From: Massalongia carnosa
Lineage: Eukaryota
Length of the DNA: 64,000 nt
Assembly (NCBI GenBank): GCA_965645245.1
Contig: OZ287074.1
Location: 310,001 to 374,000 of the forward strand
Direction: 5' to 3'
Below are positions 36,650 to 48,834 of this stretch, piece by piece. The notes below the pieces were generated by a model. That model did no database searches and was not told the DNA's origin. It worked only from the letters and a program-made list of their open reading frames with translations. How positions within the stretch are numbered: position 1 is the first letter of the stretch; every line of letters starts with the position of its first letter. The translations under genes and the position numbers were made by a program.

Positions 36650-39600
36650 TCATATGCTCACATTCCCAGCGTCTACATCAAGACCGCTGTCACTCCACAC
36701 CGAGGACAACGTGGAGGAATTCACGCCTTGGAAACCCACGCTTGTCCCGTTCCCTTTCTCGCCATCCACCAAATTCTGAATGTTAACCTCCTTCCATATT
36801 CGCTGAAGATACATTCTGAGCGAGCGAAGTCCCCGGAGATAGCCCTGATCCACTCCACCGGGATCATGGGGGGGACACGCAACGGAGTCGGGGAGCTGAT
36901 ATTCGGCCGTCACACAATTCGCAAAGTCAACAATCTTCAAGTCTATCGTTGAAGTGGGCGAAGAGCCGCCTCGATACTTCGCGTCATTGCTCGCGGAATT
37001 TGGTTGAGCTGTTCGTCCCACCTCCGGTTCATCCTTTGTTAGCTCGCCGTCGTAGAGGATGAGCAAACTACTGGCGTAGAATCTATACCCAGGCAATTTC
37101 CGGATCATCTTTTCCAGTTTAGCTATCTTCTCCAAAACCACGGGCACGTGCCTGGATACGCTGGCATAGGATACGCCATCGTACAAAAACCGCGTTAGAG
37201 CGTCCTGAAAATCTCGCCCAGCTTTAAGATCGCGTCCAAAGTACTTGTCCTCAAACAGGTATGATTGCTTCTTTACGTTCCATACCTGCATCCCACATAA
37301 ACGAACACCTAGCTGTTGTGACGTCGTCATCATGCATTTCCGTCTCTGGGACTTTTTTTTCTTCTCGTCGGCTTCAATACCATACTGCCGAGTACCCATC
37401 TTCAGGTCGAGTACGCAAGGTTTCTTCATGCCAGCTGTGAGATCCTCCAAGAGAAGAAAGTGCTGAACCCGTTCATCGGGCTGGAGCTGAGCTTGTTTTG
37501 GATTTGATGGCCCTAGATTGATATTCATGGAAGCTGTTGCGATTTGCTCAGTTACGGCTTTCGGTTTCAAAAAAGCGAATGGTACTCTATTCACAGATGA
37601 AGCATTGACATCTACTAAGTCCTTCGGCTCAGCTTTGAAGTTATTCAATGCCTTTATATCCGATTCTTCAGCAGGAGTCGTGGGAAGAGTGGCTGGATTT
37701 GCGCCTACATCCATTGCAAACATTTCATCCTCCCTATCACCACTATAACCATCGTCTTCATAATACTCTAGGCTACTTCGCTTGTCGCTGTCGACATTAT
37801 CTTGTCTGCTTCGAAGGCCGCTACCAGAATGACGGCGACGTATCCTTTGTGACCCGGAGACTATCATTTTTCCAGCTTCGGGCTCTCCTGTATGAGTCCG
37901 TTCAAGTTTCTCCGGCCTAGGGACTGGGAGTCGTTCAAACAGTGGACTGCCCTGCCTTGTTGCTGTCAAGGGTTGTTGCCCATTTTTCGCTGGGGTCAGC
38001 TCAAGGAAAAAATTTGGACTTGGCTTACTATCCAATTCTCGACCATTTACACAACCTGATTGATCAGAAAATGTAGTCTTATATCGAGAAGTGTGCTTCA
38101 CATCGCTCGCTTCTGTTACGCGCGGCAGATTATTATGGGCTCGACCGTGTCGATGGTGGCGATAGATTGTTGGCGGTCCAAATACTTCTCGAAGCACTTG
38201 TTCCTTAAGTTTCGTGTTCACAAGAGTTGCCCCCCAGCTAGAATTATGCTTGTGGGAAGAGGACTTTGAGGTTAGTTCGCAGCCGTCGTATACCTCCAGC
38301 CCTGTTCTAAGGCTAGAAGTTGGAGGTTTATGTAAGTCTAAATCCTGGCGTTGGCCATTACTATTGAGGTTTCCTGGTATGTCTGAGCTAACTCCAAGGA
38401 TAGGTAAGCGAAAGAGACTATCAGGAATGATGTGTCGGTTATTGGCAAAGACTACTTGAGGAACAGGCATCTGTTGTTGCGAATGGCTTACAGCTCGAGA
38501 CTTCTCCTCTGGATCAAGATGCATATTTTTTTGACCTGTCCCTCGATCAGATGAAAGAATTTCGCTACCTGCATCATTGGTAACTATTCTAGGGGATGGC
38601 TCTGCCGTGCTCGTTGTAGAGTGAGCATTCTGCATGACAATGGCCTTCCTACGCTTAATGGCTTTGCGAAAAGTAACATTAAGAACCCCGATATATCTAT
38701 GTTTCAACGAATTCACCCATTAGCGAATACATTTTAAACGTCGCAGTATCGTGGTAATGGGGTAGATATAGCTTGGCTGATTCTCAGCGTCGAAACCTTG
38801 ATGATGGGGTGTTCTAGAATTGGCCTCACATACCTCGGAAGAAACTTCAATAACTCCGGATGCTCACGTTCAACCACTTCGTAAAACTCATTCTCCCTGT
38901 TACTCAGTTGTTTACAGACCGCCCGCTTCGAGAAACGGAAAACAGTGGTGTGTCCGCCTACTTGATGGTTATATGGCTTTAGTTCTACAGCGCCCAATGG
39001 CGCAACTTGATGATGGCGAACTCTCCGTAAGCTCGGTTTTGAAAATGAGTCTCGTGCGGTAGGAGTAGCCGTTGGGGTAGTTTCAGCTTCATCAGTAAGA
39101 CTCGAGTATTCACCAAGCACAGAGCGAGCGCTCTCATCGAAGGATTCGTACTCTGATTCCGACGCTGATGATGCTCCACTTTCAACCGCTTTGGTGGGCG
39201 TAGGTGCCCCGAGATATGTCCGAGCCATTTGTAAATCCCCATGCAAATACCGACTTTCGTTCCGAGATTGTAATGCAATATTAACATCTTCGGAGGGAGT
39301 GTCACTGTTTTGACTGTCTGGCGACTGAGGTTCCGAGTCATGAGCTATTCCGCTATCTTGGGACTCTTTGAATTGCTCAGCATTATCACTGGTGATGTCC
39401 TCTAAAGCATTTGGTGACGGAGCTTGATGAGGATAGTACAACGCCGAAGATATCTGCTCCTTCTCAGATTCCTCGTCATCATCTTCCTCAAGTTCAGCAA
39501 CATCCTTTATTGCCACGCTCGAGACTCCGTGATCAGGATTTATCTTCTCCGAGCGTTCAGAACGAAGCTGTGTAGAAACGGCCACGCTGTGAATAGACTC

Positions 39601-40938
39601 GACACTAGTGCTCTTATGACGGGCAGACGGGGATTTATCATAGAAAGGTGGAGCGAGATTATGGTGATCTCTATGATCTTCAAGCTGTCGAAGGGCGCTA
39701 GTAGAATGAGAAGTTTTGGCGATCCTTTGAACAGACTCTTCTTGACCGCATGTAGGGCACTGGCCTGAGTAATCAAAGCTATATTTGGGTTCATTGGAGA
39801 CATTTGATAAAGGCATCGAGGTTTCCGAACCTACCGAAGACTCCCGACGCGCTTGCTGAACAAGCTCATCGGAAGTTTGTTTGCCATGCTTTTCAAACGG
39901 TTCATTGCTTTGAGCGATAGCAGATTCAGCCTTCTCCCGTACAACGCCACACCGTGCAATGTCGGCTGCACATGGAGCATATTCACCACGTCCTTCAAAT
40001 CTCCTATTGTCACTGCCTAATCCTATTTTCCCGACCACAGAATCTTCTTCAACGAGGCCTGAGCTAAGCTTTGCCTTGTCCTGACCCTTCTTGCTATCCT
40101 GCAAGGTTGTATTCTCCTTGAACAGGCCAAGAATATGACTCGACTTTCTGCTCCTAGCATTTGACGCTGGTTCTGCTTGGGCCAAAGTTGCCTCTATCCG
40201 TTTCTCCACACGGCCTTTACCAGTGCGGCTTGAACTTCGATTCCTTTTTTCCTCCGAGAATGCCTCTCGCCTAGCACCCCACGAGAGCTCTCCAGCCTTC
40301 ATGATATCAGTCCTAGGCTCCGCACCACGATCCCATGTTTCAGCCATTCGCGAGTAATCAAGAGCACCTTGTGATTTCGTTCGTTGATACAGCAGCGGCA
40401 ATGCAGGGCGGGGGTCTGAGGGTGCGGCAGATTTGTGGGCGCTGAATCGAGCTGGACTACGAGAAAGAGCGTGAGGGGTAGCAGCTAAACTCGAAGGGAA
40501 ACTGGCGAAGGATGCTTTCGTTGACGACGTCGTAGGTGGAGGACGAATTCGACCTAATGATAGAGCAGGTGAAGCAAGGTTTGGGGAGAGGGGCCTCAGG
40601 GAGTCCAAGTGTGTTGTGACATCCTGAGAGATATGTTCCGGGTCGGGACTGCCGAAATTGGTTGGAGGCAGGCACGGTGTACTGACAGCACTACTACGAG
40701 GGATCGCCACCCGGTCCTCCTTTGACGCCCAGGATAAGATTCTCTCTGATGTGCCAGCATCTGTCAATGACCGCGAAAGTGGTTCTGCTCTTATAGACGG
40801 AGCAACGGCCACTGTTGTTATCGCTGGGGTCCCCTTCTGGGATGGCGTGATTGCATGATTGCGGTTGGGAAGAGTCTCAAAAGACCTCACCAAAGCGATG
40901 GGCGAGGTATCCGCGGGAAGGAAAAAGGGTTTTGACAT
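36650..40938 (-). CDS. KCS1: Inositol hexakisphosphate kinase Kcs1
   Basis: [23 protein letters not shown] across an intron, [35 protein letters not shown] motifs. Confidence 0.95.
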
Positions 40939-42634
40939 GAGGTGGACATTGGAGGGCGGCTAGTAAGCCTGTCTCTCTTGATTAGGTAGATATGCACTTG
41001 AGAAGATGAAGAGGACAAAAGGACGACGGGGCAGTGGCTTAAGTCGGTTTTTCTGCTTGAGGGGATAGGGTTTTTTTGGGGGGGGGGGGTAAAAGATAAC
41101 GGTGCTGCCTGTGTTCGTGATTAACTTTGACCGCTGTGATACCAGACCAACCGATTAACTAATCTTTGGCAATGCAGCGAACACGTTCCTGAGGAAGGTC
41201 TGTTACAGGCTAAGAATCGCTCTAACTCAGGTGTCGCGGAGAAATGCAGGATCTATTCTGTAGAGACAGGAATTATGATATTGCGGAAGTACAAGTATGG
41301 AAACCCTTCGAGTCATGTACTCTGTATTATCATACATATGACGATACGAATGCGTTAAGAGGTACTCTGCAGGTGTAGTCCAGCAAAAACGATTACTGAT
41401 GTGTACTCTGTAGTGAGGCATGATTACCTCGTAGTTACTCGGTAATTCTAAGGCATGCCTAGGGTGCAGCTGGTGATTGCCGGTAATTTAACATATTATA
41501 CGGAGTATTAAAGTTTGATAACGATCACACCAACCATCGACGTTGATTTCTTTGCCAATTACATCAATGCTCCGTTCTGGACGGGTACTCTATGGATACT
41601 TCAATAGGTAGGAACGTACAAGGCAAGATAGGTCGGCAACATGATACAGTGGATCAAGATCAATTGAAAGATGGGCGCAAGAGTTAACGCTAGGTATTCT
41701 GTACAGAGTACCTTATGTCGCAGCATTCTCGCGTCAAATTGAAAAACGGCATTTCGAAACATATCCTGCAGAAAAAAAATATTCCCCCTCAATCCATCTT
41801 CGCCAATCGATGCCCAACGTGCTCCTGCCTTGGCCTGTCTTCACTTGTCTTTCAACAACTTTGGTGCCTCGTTTCCTGCTTTTCGCTGCCGACGCAACGT
41901 TCCTCGATCCGTACCGAGCCATGGCTTGCCGGGTTTTGATCACTTCGAATGGCTTTCCGCCATCCGATGGGCTTTTCGGTTTCTGTCCCTACAGGTACGC
42001 AACCAGATCGACTAAAGTAGTGGTAAATGTCAACAAGTCTGAGAGGGTGCTTCCTCCACATGCGTTCAAGGTTTCTACACGTGCACGCTCCCTCTTTCTG
42101 TCAAAAAAAAATAAACCACTTGGCCATCCCCTTGTCTAAAACGTGCGTCTTTTCTTCGCCCCGGTCAGTCTTTATAGTATCATGATCTGTATTATGATCA
42201 TTTCGAGGAGAAGGCCACATCAGTTTACTCGTCACCTTGACTCTTCGTTACTCGGTTTTTAATAATTTAAGAAAACCTTTCTTCTTAGAAAGGCGATGCC
42301 TTGTCTGGACTTTGCTAAAAGAAAAAAGAAGAGGCTGGGCAGGACTAGGTTATGGCCAAGTAACTACGGGCGGGACTGAAGCGAAAGGGCGCGGGTGATG
42401 TGAGAGAGGTGAGATGGAGTTAAGACGTTCGTCGCTTGCTCACGGAGTTATCATCGTCATCAGATTGCTAGTGGAGCTGCTTTTCAGTGCAGGTTCCTAA
42501 ATGCTTGGCATCTTATTCCTACTACTGCATTGAATCCATCAGTGATATTATTATTTTGATCCAATCTTCTTCAAGTCATTACTATCATCTATCACCAAAC
42601 TGATAGGCTATATTCAAGCACCAACCATAGCGTT

Positions 42635-45436
42635 TTATTCCCAACGTTTCCACTCCTCCACCAAGCCTTTGACCCTCTCTGTCCTCTCCTCGTCCCCTAG
42701 TTCCGCCTTCTGAACCACCGCGTTTCTTGCCTGCAGCTCAATCTCAATCCTATGCCTCTGCACTGCCATAGCCATCAAACCCGCCAGATCGTTCCTCTTA
42801 CAAGCATCCGCAAAGGCAGTCCTCATACGCGGCGAATATAGCTGGCAGCTAACGCCTTCATCTAGAGGCTCAATGCGGTGTGGATTTCGAGAGAACTGGG
42901 AAGCAAGCGACGAGCCGCGGTTAATGGCTGGTTGAACCACTTCGTCGTAGCATTCCTCACAGACGGTTAGTTCGGGGATTTGAGCTATCGTATGCCAACG
43001 TTGGTCAAGGAGCATGTCGTCGCGGGAACACTCTCGAACGGCGGCCATTTTCTTGGCTAATTCTAGGAATCGGAGTGTATTTGGGGGTCTCTTGAACTTG
43101 TTGGCATGATCCGCGGTTACCTCAAGAAGATCAACATATACAGGAAATCTCTTACTATCCGAACGTAAAGCACATGCTCGCTCTTGCTTTGGATGATGGG
43201 AACGAGATTTTTGGAAAAGCCCACGTAGCAATGGGAACATGGTTTCGAGGCTACTGACGCAATACGAACAAGCGTCAAAGCCAGAAACTTGTTTTCCGCT
43301 TTCGGCATCCACGACACGATACCATTGACGAATAGCCCCTATTTTCCCTGGACATGGTGGCTCATGTACTGCGACTTCCGCCATGGTATAGATCATGTCA
43401 AAATCCCTGCGCCGCTGCTTGATGTTAAGTAGCCATGCCATTCGCACCCAAGGAAGGCTGAAGCCACAACGCGTTAAGGAACCTGGAGACCTTGATAGAC
43501 TCGGTTTGAAGTATCGTGCATAACCTGTACTAGATACAACATCGCGACATGATGGGCAAATAGAACAGGACGGGAAACCAACTAGAGTATACCAATCCGT
43601 AAGTCCTGCCAAAGGGGTTGGCCGTTCACATGGTGGCAAAATTGGTGGTTGAGCCTCTAAAGATACTGGACGATCTGAAACGGAAGGCCTCGTCCATGTT
43701 CTAGGTGGCGGGTTTATATCAGAGGTCTGTTGGAAAGATGCTGGATCCATGTAGAGCTGAGTACGAGTCTCCACATTAGATAGCGTGCGACGGCGTTGAC
43801 CAATTGGCAGTACGTCCAGGACCGGAGTGTTTGGAACCACCAAAGGAGCCAACGATGCATGTCGACTATCCAGTAACTTGAAATCCTTTGTGTTATAAGC
43901 AACCGATTTACTATGATTTGCGGGTGAGGGTGACCGAACATCTATACGAGGTGCTGCAGCCACACTCGTATCTCGGGTTGTATACGATGGCAACGGAGAA
44001 GTCATTTGTGACCGCGGACCGGGAATGAGTTTTGAACTTTCTGGCCTATTTAATTCCCCAGGTATAAGGCCTACAGACTGGCGTGTATGGAGTAACTGGA
44101 CAGGTGAGGAAGGTCTGGAGGTCGGCCTAAAGCTGGACTCTAGTGTAGGTGATGTATTCTTGGGGCTAGCATCTTGGCCCACATTACGGTTACTATGATT
44201 GTCATCTAGAGGAGGAGTAGGCGGCGATGAAGATGGACTGTTTACAGGCGAACCACGTGGAGATGCCTGTCGCTTCGTAGCTCGAGGAGTCGAGAGTAGA
44301 GTATTTACGTTCTGCACCCCAACGGCTATAGGAACAGTCACATTTGTTGAGGGTACTCTGGAATCAAAGACAGATACAGCTCTTACAGGTAGCAAACTAG
44401 GCTGTTGGAGCAAGGTATTCTTCCTCTCTTTCCGGATTGAGAAATCCTCGAGACGGGGCATCGAGAGCATATGTGGAGAGTCGGGAGAATTTCGGCCAGG
44501 CTTTCTAATACTTTGAGAAGTAGGGAGCTCGTCCGAACTTAGATCTGAATCATCGGAGGACATCGGATAAGGAGTAGCCGTTTCAGGTGTTATGGACCCT
44601 CTCCATTGAGCACGCTCACCTGGTTGTGGCATTGCGGATACATATCTTCTAGGAAATGGCCGAATACCTTGTTCCAATTTGCCTGATAACTGACTCGAAT
44701 TTATTGTCCCATCGATCTTGCTAGAATGATTGATTGTTTCGAAATACTGGCTTCGTTTCTTTCGAGATCTTATTTTCGGGCTCATCAAATCTGGAGAGAG
44801 AAGGAATTCCCCAGAAAGCCGATTCTCCGATGGTTTGACCGACTTTGGAGTCCCTGTACAAGGTGAGGGTAGCCTCTGTAGATGAGGCTTTGGCTGCTTC
44901 AAGGGGTTCAAGATGGGCAAATTTGTTTCCACCACCGGTCGATCTTGCCTACCCCGACTTTTTTCTTTTTTCTGGAGACCTGAGGGCCTATTGTATTTCG
45001 GGGATCGTGGTTCATCGTATGTTAAAGGGATTTCAATGCCTCTCTCAGGAATGTAAACATAACGACGATCATGGTTGCTATAATCAGACACAGGTGTAAA
45101 AGCTGTAGAACTTTTACTTGAAGGGCTCACATTTGTGGGTACCGTTACATATAGTGTCTCCTCTATTCCGGCTGATGCATATGTTTTGGTCAAATTTTGA
45201 TTAACCTCAAAGATTATGGGCACCTGATCAATGTCGCCCCGCGGTTGTGCTTCGGTTTTCCACGCATCTGGTACCGCTGGTTTGTGCTCATGCGTCAATG
45301 AGACCAGCTCATCCTCCACAATTGGGTTTGGAGGCCAACTTTGTGCTGATCTTTGATGTGGGTAGATTACAGTTTTTGCTTCGTGATGTAGCCATCGTTG
45401 TTCATAGCGGTTGTCGGTATAGTGAGATCGCGACAT
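42635..45436 (-). CDS. Hypothetical protein: S/P/R-rich N-terminus plus C-terminal domain with three Cys4 repeats
   Basis: About 930-aa single ORF (first ATG 45436); repeats containing CPSC, CSYC and CEEC. Confidence 0.8.
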   Translation of the reverse strand: MSRSHYTDNRYEQRWLHHEAKTVIYPHQRSAQSWPPNPIVEDELVSLTHEHKPAVPDAWKTEAQPRGDIDQVPIIFEVNQNLTKTYASAGIEETLYVTVPTNVSPSSKSSTAFTPVSDYSNHDRRYVYIPERGIEIPLTYDEPRSPKYNRPSGLQKKEKSRGRQDRPVVETNLPILNPLKQPKPHLQRLPSPCTGTPKSVKPSENRLSGEFLLSPDLMSPKIRSRKKRSQYFETINHSSKIDGTINSSQLSGKLEQGIRPFPRRYVSAMPQPGERAQWRGSITPETATPYPMSSDDSDLSSDELPTSQSIRKPGRNSPDSPHMLSMPRLEDFSIRKERKNTLLQQPSLLPVRAVSVFDSRVPSTNVTVPIAVGVQNVNTLLSTPRATKRQASPRGSPVNSPSSSPPTPPLDDNHSNRNVGQDASPKNTSPTLESSFRPTSRPSSPVQLLHTRQSVGLIPGELNRPESSKLIPGPRSQMTSPLPSYTTRDTSVAAAPRIDVRSPSPANHSKSVAYNTKDFKLLDSRHASLAPLVVPNTPVLDVLPIGQRRRTLSNVETRTQLYMDPASFQQTSDINPPPRTWTRPSVSDRPVSLEAQPPILPPCERPTPLAGLTDWYTLVGFPSCSICPSCRDVVSSTGYARYFKPSLSRSPGSLTRCGFSLPWVRMAWLLNIKQRRRDFDMIYTMAEVAVHEPPCPGKIGAIRQWYRVVDAESGKQVSGFDACSYCVSSLETMFPLLRGLFQKSRSHHPKQERACALRSDSKRFPVYVDLLEVTADHANKFKRPPNTLRFLELAKKMAAVRECSRDDMLLDQRWHTIAQIPELTVCEECYDEVVQPAINRGSSLASQFSRNPHRIEPLDEGVSCQLYSPRMRTAFADACKRNDLAGLMAMAVQRHRIEIELQARNAVVQKAELGDEERTERVKGLVEEWKRWE

Positions 45437-46009
45437 GTCGGTACCATGATAATGATATCTTAAGTTATGTAAAGTCTCAAGATATTCCAATACTCATAAC
45501 TTCATCTCTCCTGCTAGCTCGAAGGATGATGATAAGAGGGCATCCCTTTGAAACTCAACCAAACGAAGACAGAAGAAGCCTTCCAAAGTAACTGATACTT
45601 AATTGAAAATGGTTACTAAATTGGTTGCACGCTAATGAATAGGTTGGCCAGTCTCCTGACAATAGCGTACGTAGGCATGTCCGTCGTCAGCCGTCAAAAC
45701 CACCCTATGCCCCAATAAGTAATGAATTAATTCTCCTTTTCGCTTCTATACCAACCCAAATGCAGTTGGGCAAACCTCTTTACATGAAAATTTTGTTCAA
45801 AAATTTAGAGACAAATTTATGCTCAGGAGGGGTACCTGTCATCAATATTTAGTTGAAGGCATCGCTCTATCACTTGGCATATGAGGAACACTGATTGTAA
45901 ATTTAGGAAGCAAAACTGGAAGCGTATCGTGACCTTAAATTCCGACTTCATCCTAGTTCTTACTAATCGTCGGCCTCGCTTAGCTGCCTCCATACGAGGT
46001 GTACCACCT

Positions 46010-47337
46010 CACGCGGGGGACAAAAAAAAAACTACACCAAAATTTAACCGGGTTCAACCCCCCACCAAAACACAAGCAATTTCCATACAATTTTGATGGG
46101 ATAATCACCATTTCAACAACCAGTCATCCAATTCATTCAATCTATTCAATAACCAGTCATTTTACCCTCACCATCCAAAACAGCTCTCAATCTATCTGGC
46201 ATAGTAGACACCCGTTCATTGATAAATGCCTGGGAAACGTTCGCCCACCCCTCATAAATTAGCCCCTTGGTCGTATCATCATCCCAATGAGGATATTTTT
46301 TTAAATATTGCTTCGGGGCCTGCCAGCAATTTTCTATAGGGGCCAAATCAGGTGAACATGGACAGTTGAAATAGTGCTTCAGATCGTTGTTCTGCTTCCA
46401 AGTGCGTACAATGTTTGATTTGCCTGGTCCATGTCCAGAATCACCGTCTTCTTCTAAGACGAAATCGTGTTTTGCTTCAATCCAGGGCTTCACAATAGGC
46501 TCCAATATAGAGTCGATATAGACTCGTTGACTAATCTTTCCATTGGAGTTTCCAGGAACTCTGTAAAAGTAGATATCTGACTTGAAGTCATGACCTGCAG
46601 CAGCCCAACAGTGATGTCTCTTCTTGACGGCCTCGTCTGGTTCATCTGCTTCTTGAATACAATCATGACAATAACGTTCACCTAATCTTCGTATGATGCG
46701 TAATTTGCCCTGAGGTCCCCATCCAAAGTGCACTTCGTCACTAAATCGAACTTGTTTCCAGTCTTCTGCATTTGGATATCTAGAAAGCATAGCATCTGAC
46801 CACTTCATACGAAGCTTTCTTGTCTTCTCGTTCACCCATCCCTTTCTGCACGCAATGCATTTGTGATAATCCATGGTGCCCATGATTCGTTGAATGGTTT
46901 TGCCACTGCAGTCTAGGCCTACTTCGAAGCCCAATTGCTCCCATGTAAGAGCGCGCGCCTCCATACCTTCTTCTTCCAATAGCCGTTCCATTTCTCTAAT
47001 CAATTTAGGCGTAACAATTTTGTGACGCCCACGAGCTTCAGAAACATCGGAATTATTATGATGACGGCGTGATGAGGCTCCTTCACGCAGGTATGCATAG
47101 CCCCTCGTACGTTCCACATCAAATGTGCGAAAAACATCCTCTTTGTGATAAGAAATGCCTTGCTTTTCGCAAAATTCAACGGCTCCCTGAATTTTAGCTT
47201 TGGTAGGAGTCTCGATATGTTTAGAATTCATAATAATGATAATTATCCCATCAAAATCGTATGTAAATTGCTTGTGTTTTGGTGGGGAGTTGAGCCCGGT
47301 TAAATTTTGGTGTAGTTTTTTTTTTGTCCCCCGCGTG
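46010..47337 (-). mobile_element. Tc1/IS630-like (DD37E) DNA transposon with CAC...GTG ends and 5-bp TSD CACCT
   Basis: 96-bp TIRs 46010-46105 / 47242-47337 (4 mismatches); CACCT at 46005-46009 and 47338-47342. Confidence 0.93.
46146..47231 (-). CDS. Tc1-like DDE transposase, intact 361 aa
   Basis: WKQVRFSDE, EEDGDSGH, SPDLAPIENCW motifs; 37 residues between the second D and the E. Confidence 0.93.
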   Translation of the reverse strand: MNSKHIETPTKAKIQGAVEFCEKQGISYHKEDVFRTFDVERTRGYAYLREGASSRRHHNNSDVSEARGRHKIVTPKLIREMERLLEEEGMEARALTWEQLGFEVGLDCSGKTIQRIMGTMDYHKCIACRKGWVNEKTRKLRMKWSDAMLSRYPNAEDWKQVRFSDEVHFGWGPQGKLRIIRRLGERYCHDCIQEADEPDEAVKKRHHCWAAAGHDFKSDIYFYRVPGNSNGKISQRVYIDSILEPIVKPWIEAKHDFVLEEDGDSGHGPGKSNIVRTWKQNNDLKHYFNCPCSPDLAPIENCWQAPKQYLKKYPHWDDDTTKGLIYEGWANVSQAFINERVSTMPDRLRAVLDGEGKMTGY

Positions 47338-47685
47338 CACCTCTAGTCGGGGAAAGCGGTCTGCGTAGGCAAGCGATCTGCGTAGTTTCAATCTTAGGAT
47401 TCACCCATTTTACCACCTATTTTGCAGCTTTTTGCAACACTTCTCGACCGCAACCTACGACCGTTAGCTGTTATTAATCATACCATAGATAGATATCAAC
47501 TGCACATCCTAACTGCTCATTTATCAACCGGGAATGCATTATATTTTTCCAATTTCACCAGTTTTATCACCTATTTACAACTCATTTGCGACGCCGTCTC
47601 ATCATGATTTGCAAACTCCATTTGCTTTATTTTCAACCTCATTTGCAAATATTATTAATAAGTAGATATATATCAACTGTGCGTT

Positions 47686-48834
47686 CTAATATTTACTCCT
47701 AGTCTGACGATAGCCCCCTTGATAAAAGTTAAACTGCTCATCCTCATCACCCTCATCACCCTCATCATTCTCATTATTCTTAGTGTTGATCTCTGCAAGG
47801 ACATCTTGGATAGCCTTATCATGCCATTGCTTATAGGGTTGAAATACGCCCACATCAAGGGGTTGCATACAATGAGTCAGATGTGGTATCAGGGGGAGAG
47901 GGCGAATGTGATTTTCATTGGCAAGCTTTATAAACTCAGGGGTGCAATAACTAAGTCCCATGATTATCCATGAGCATCAATTTCTACTGCTTTGTAGGCC
48001 CCGAGTTTGTATTCGCAATGAAATGCTTCAAAAATTCAATTGCTATTTTATCGGTGATGAACCCACTTTTTGATACTTCAGTCAGAGTCCCCGTGGGCAG
48101 CCCCTCTTGGAACCAGTTCTGCATTATTCTACGACCTTGCATAATTAAAACGGGAGAAGGTGGTTGATGACCAGCGGCGTTGATGCTTTCGATTATGATG
48201 AGAGATTTGCGATTTTCTGGACTGATTGAATAGAACTCCTTAATATCTGATGGAACTAGAATTTCATGACCCTTCATACACCCAACTCGAAATCCTGCTT
48301 TATCAAAGTTCCAGATATCTTGTGAATGAGTTATCCCCAACTCTGCAAGAACCCGCTGATATCGATCAAACCATAATCTTACATCTGACTCCTGAGCCGC
48401 AGTATATCGAACAACTGCCAGCGGCTTAGTCTTTATCTTGTGCAGGCCATTGTCTTTCCACCGTTGCCTAAACCACCGCGGACTTGGATCATTGAATTCG
48501 GCATCTTGAGCACGTTTCAGAGTCTTAATGGCAGCAAAAGCCACTTTATGAGTAGGTTGAATGCCATACGCATTCAGAGATCGAATGAATTCGTGAATGG
48601 CTCTGACCTGATGCTCCTCCAGTATTTTGTTCTACCCTTCAATTTTCTTCGACGGCATCTTTTCACGTTCAATTGAACTGTATAGAGTGATGTCGACGAG
48701 GTTGAAGATTCGAGCAGCGCAAACGATGCTCTCCTTGGGGTTTTCTAATAAAACTGCTTAGCATTTTGCACGCGCGTTGCAATAGAATCACTGGTTTTAA
48801 TAAGGTTCTTATTCATTATGCTACTGCTATTCAT
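47686..48834 (-). pseudogene. Disrupted, C-terminally deleted pogo transposase
   Basis: WNFDKAGF, PHLTHCMQPLDVGVFQPYK fragments with stops and frameshifts; jumps directly to an acidic tail (ENDEGDEGDEDE). Confidence 0.85.

Noticed and set aside
41227..42500. Short ORFs and possible snoRNA boxes upstream of KCS1
   Set aside because: No coherent gene model or paired C/D boxes with a guide; may be UTR.
46010..46032. TIR CACGCGG-GGG-ACAAAAAAA resembles a V(D)J RSS heptamer/nonamer or a Transib end
   Set aside because: The spacer is only 3 bp and the encoded protein has Tc1 motifs, not a Transib/RAG1 core; treated as resemblance only.
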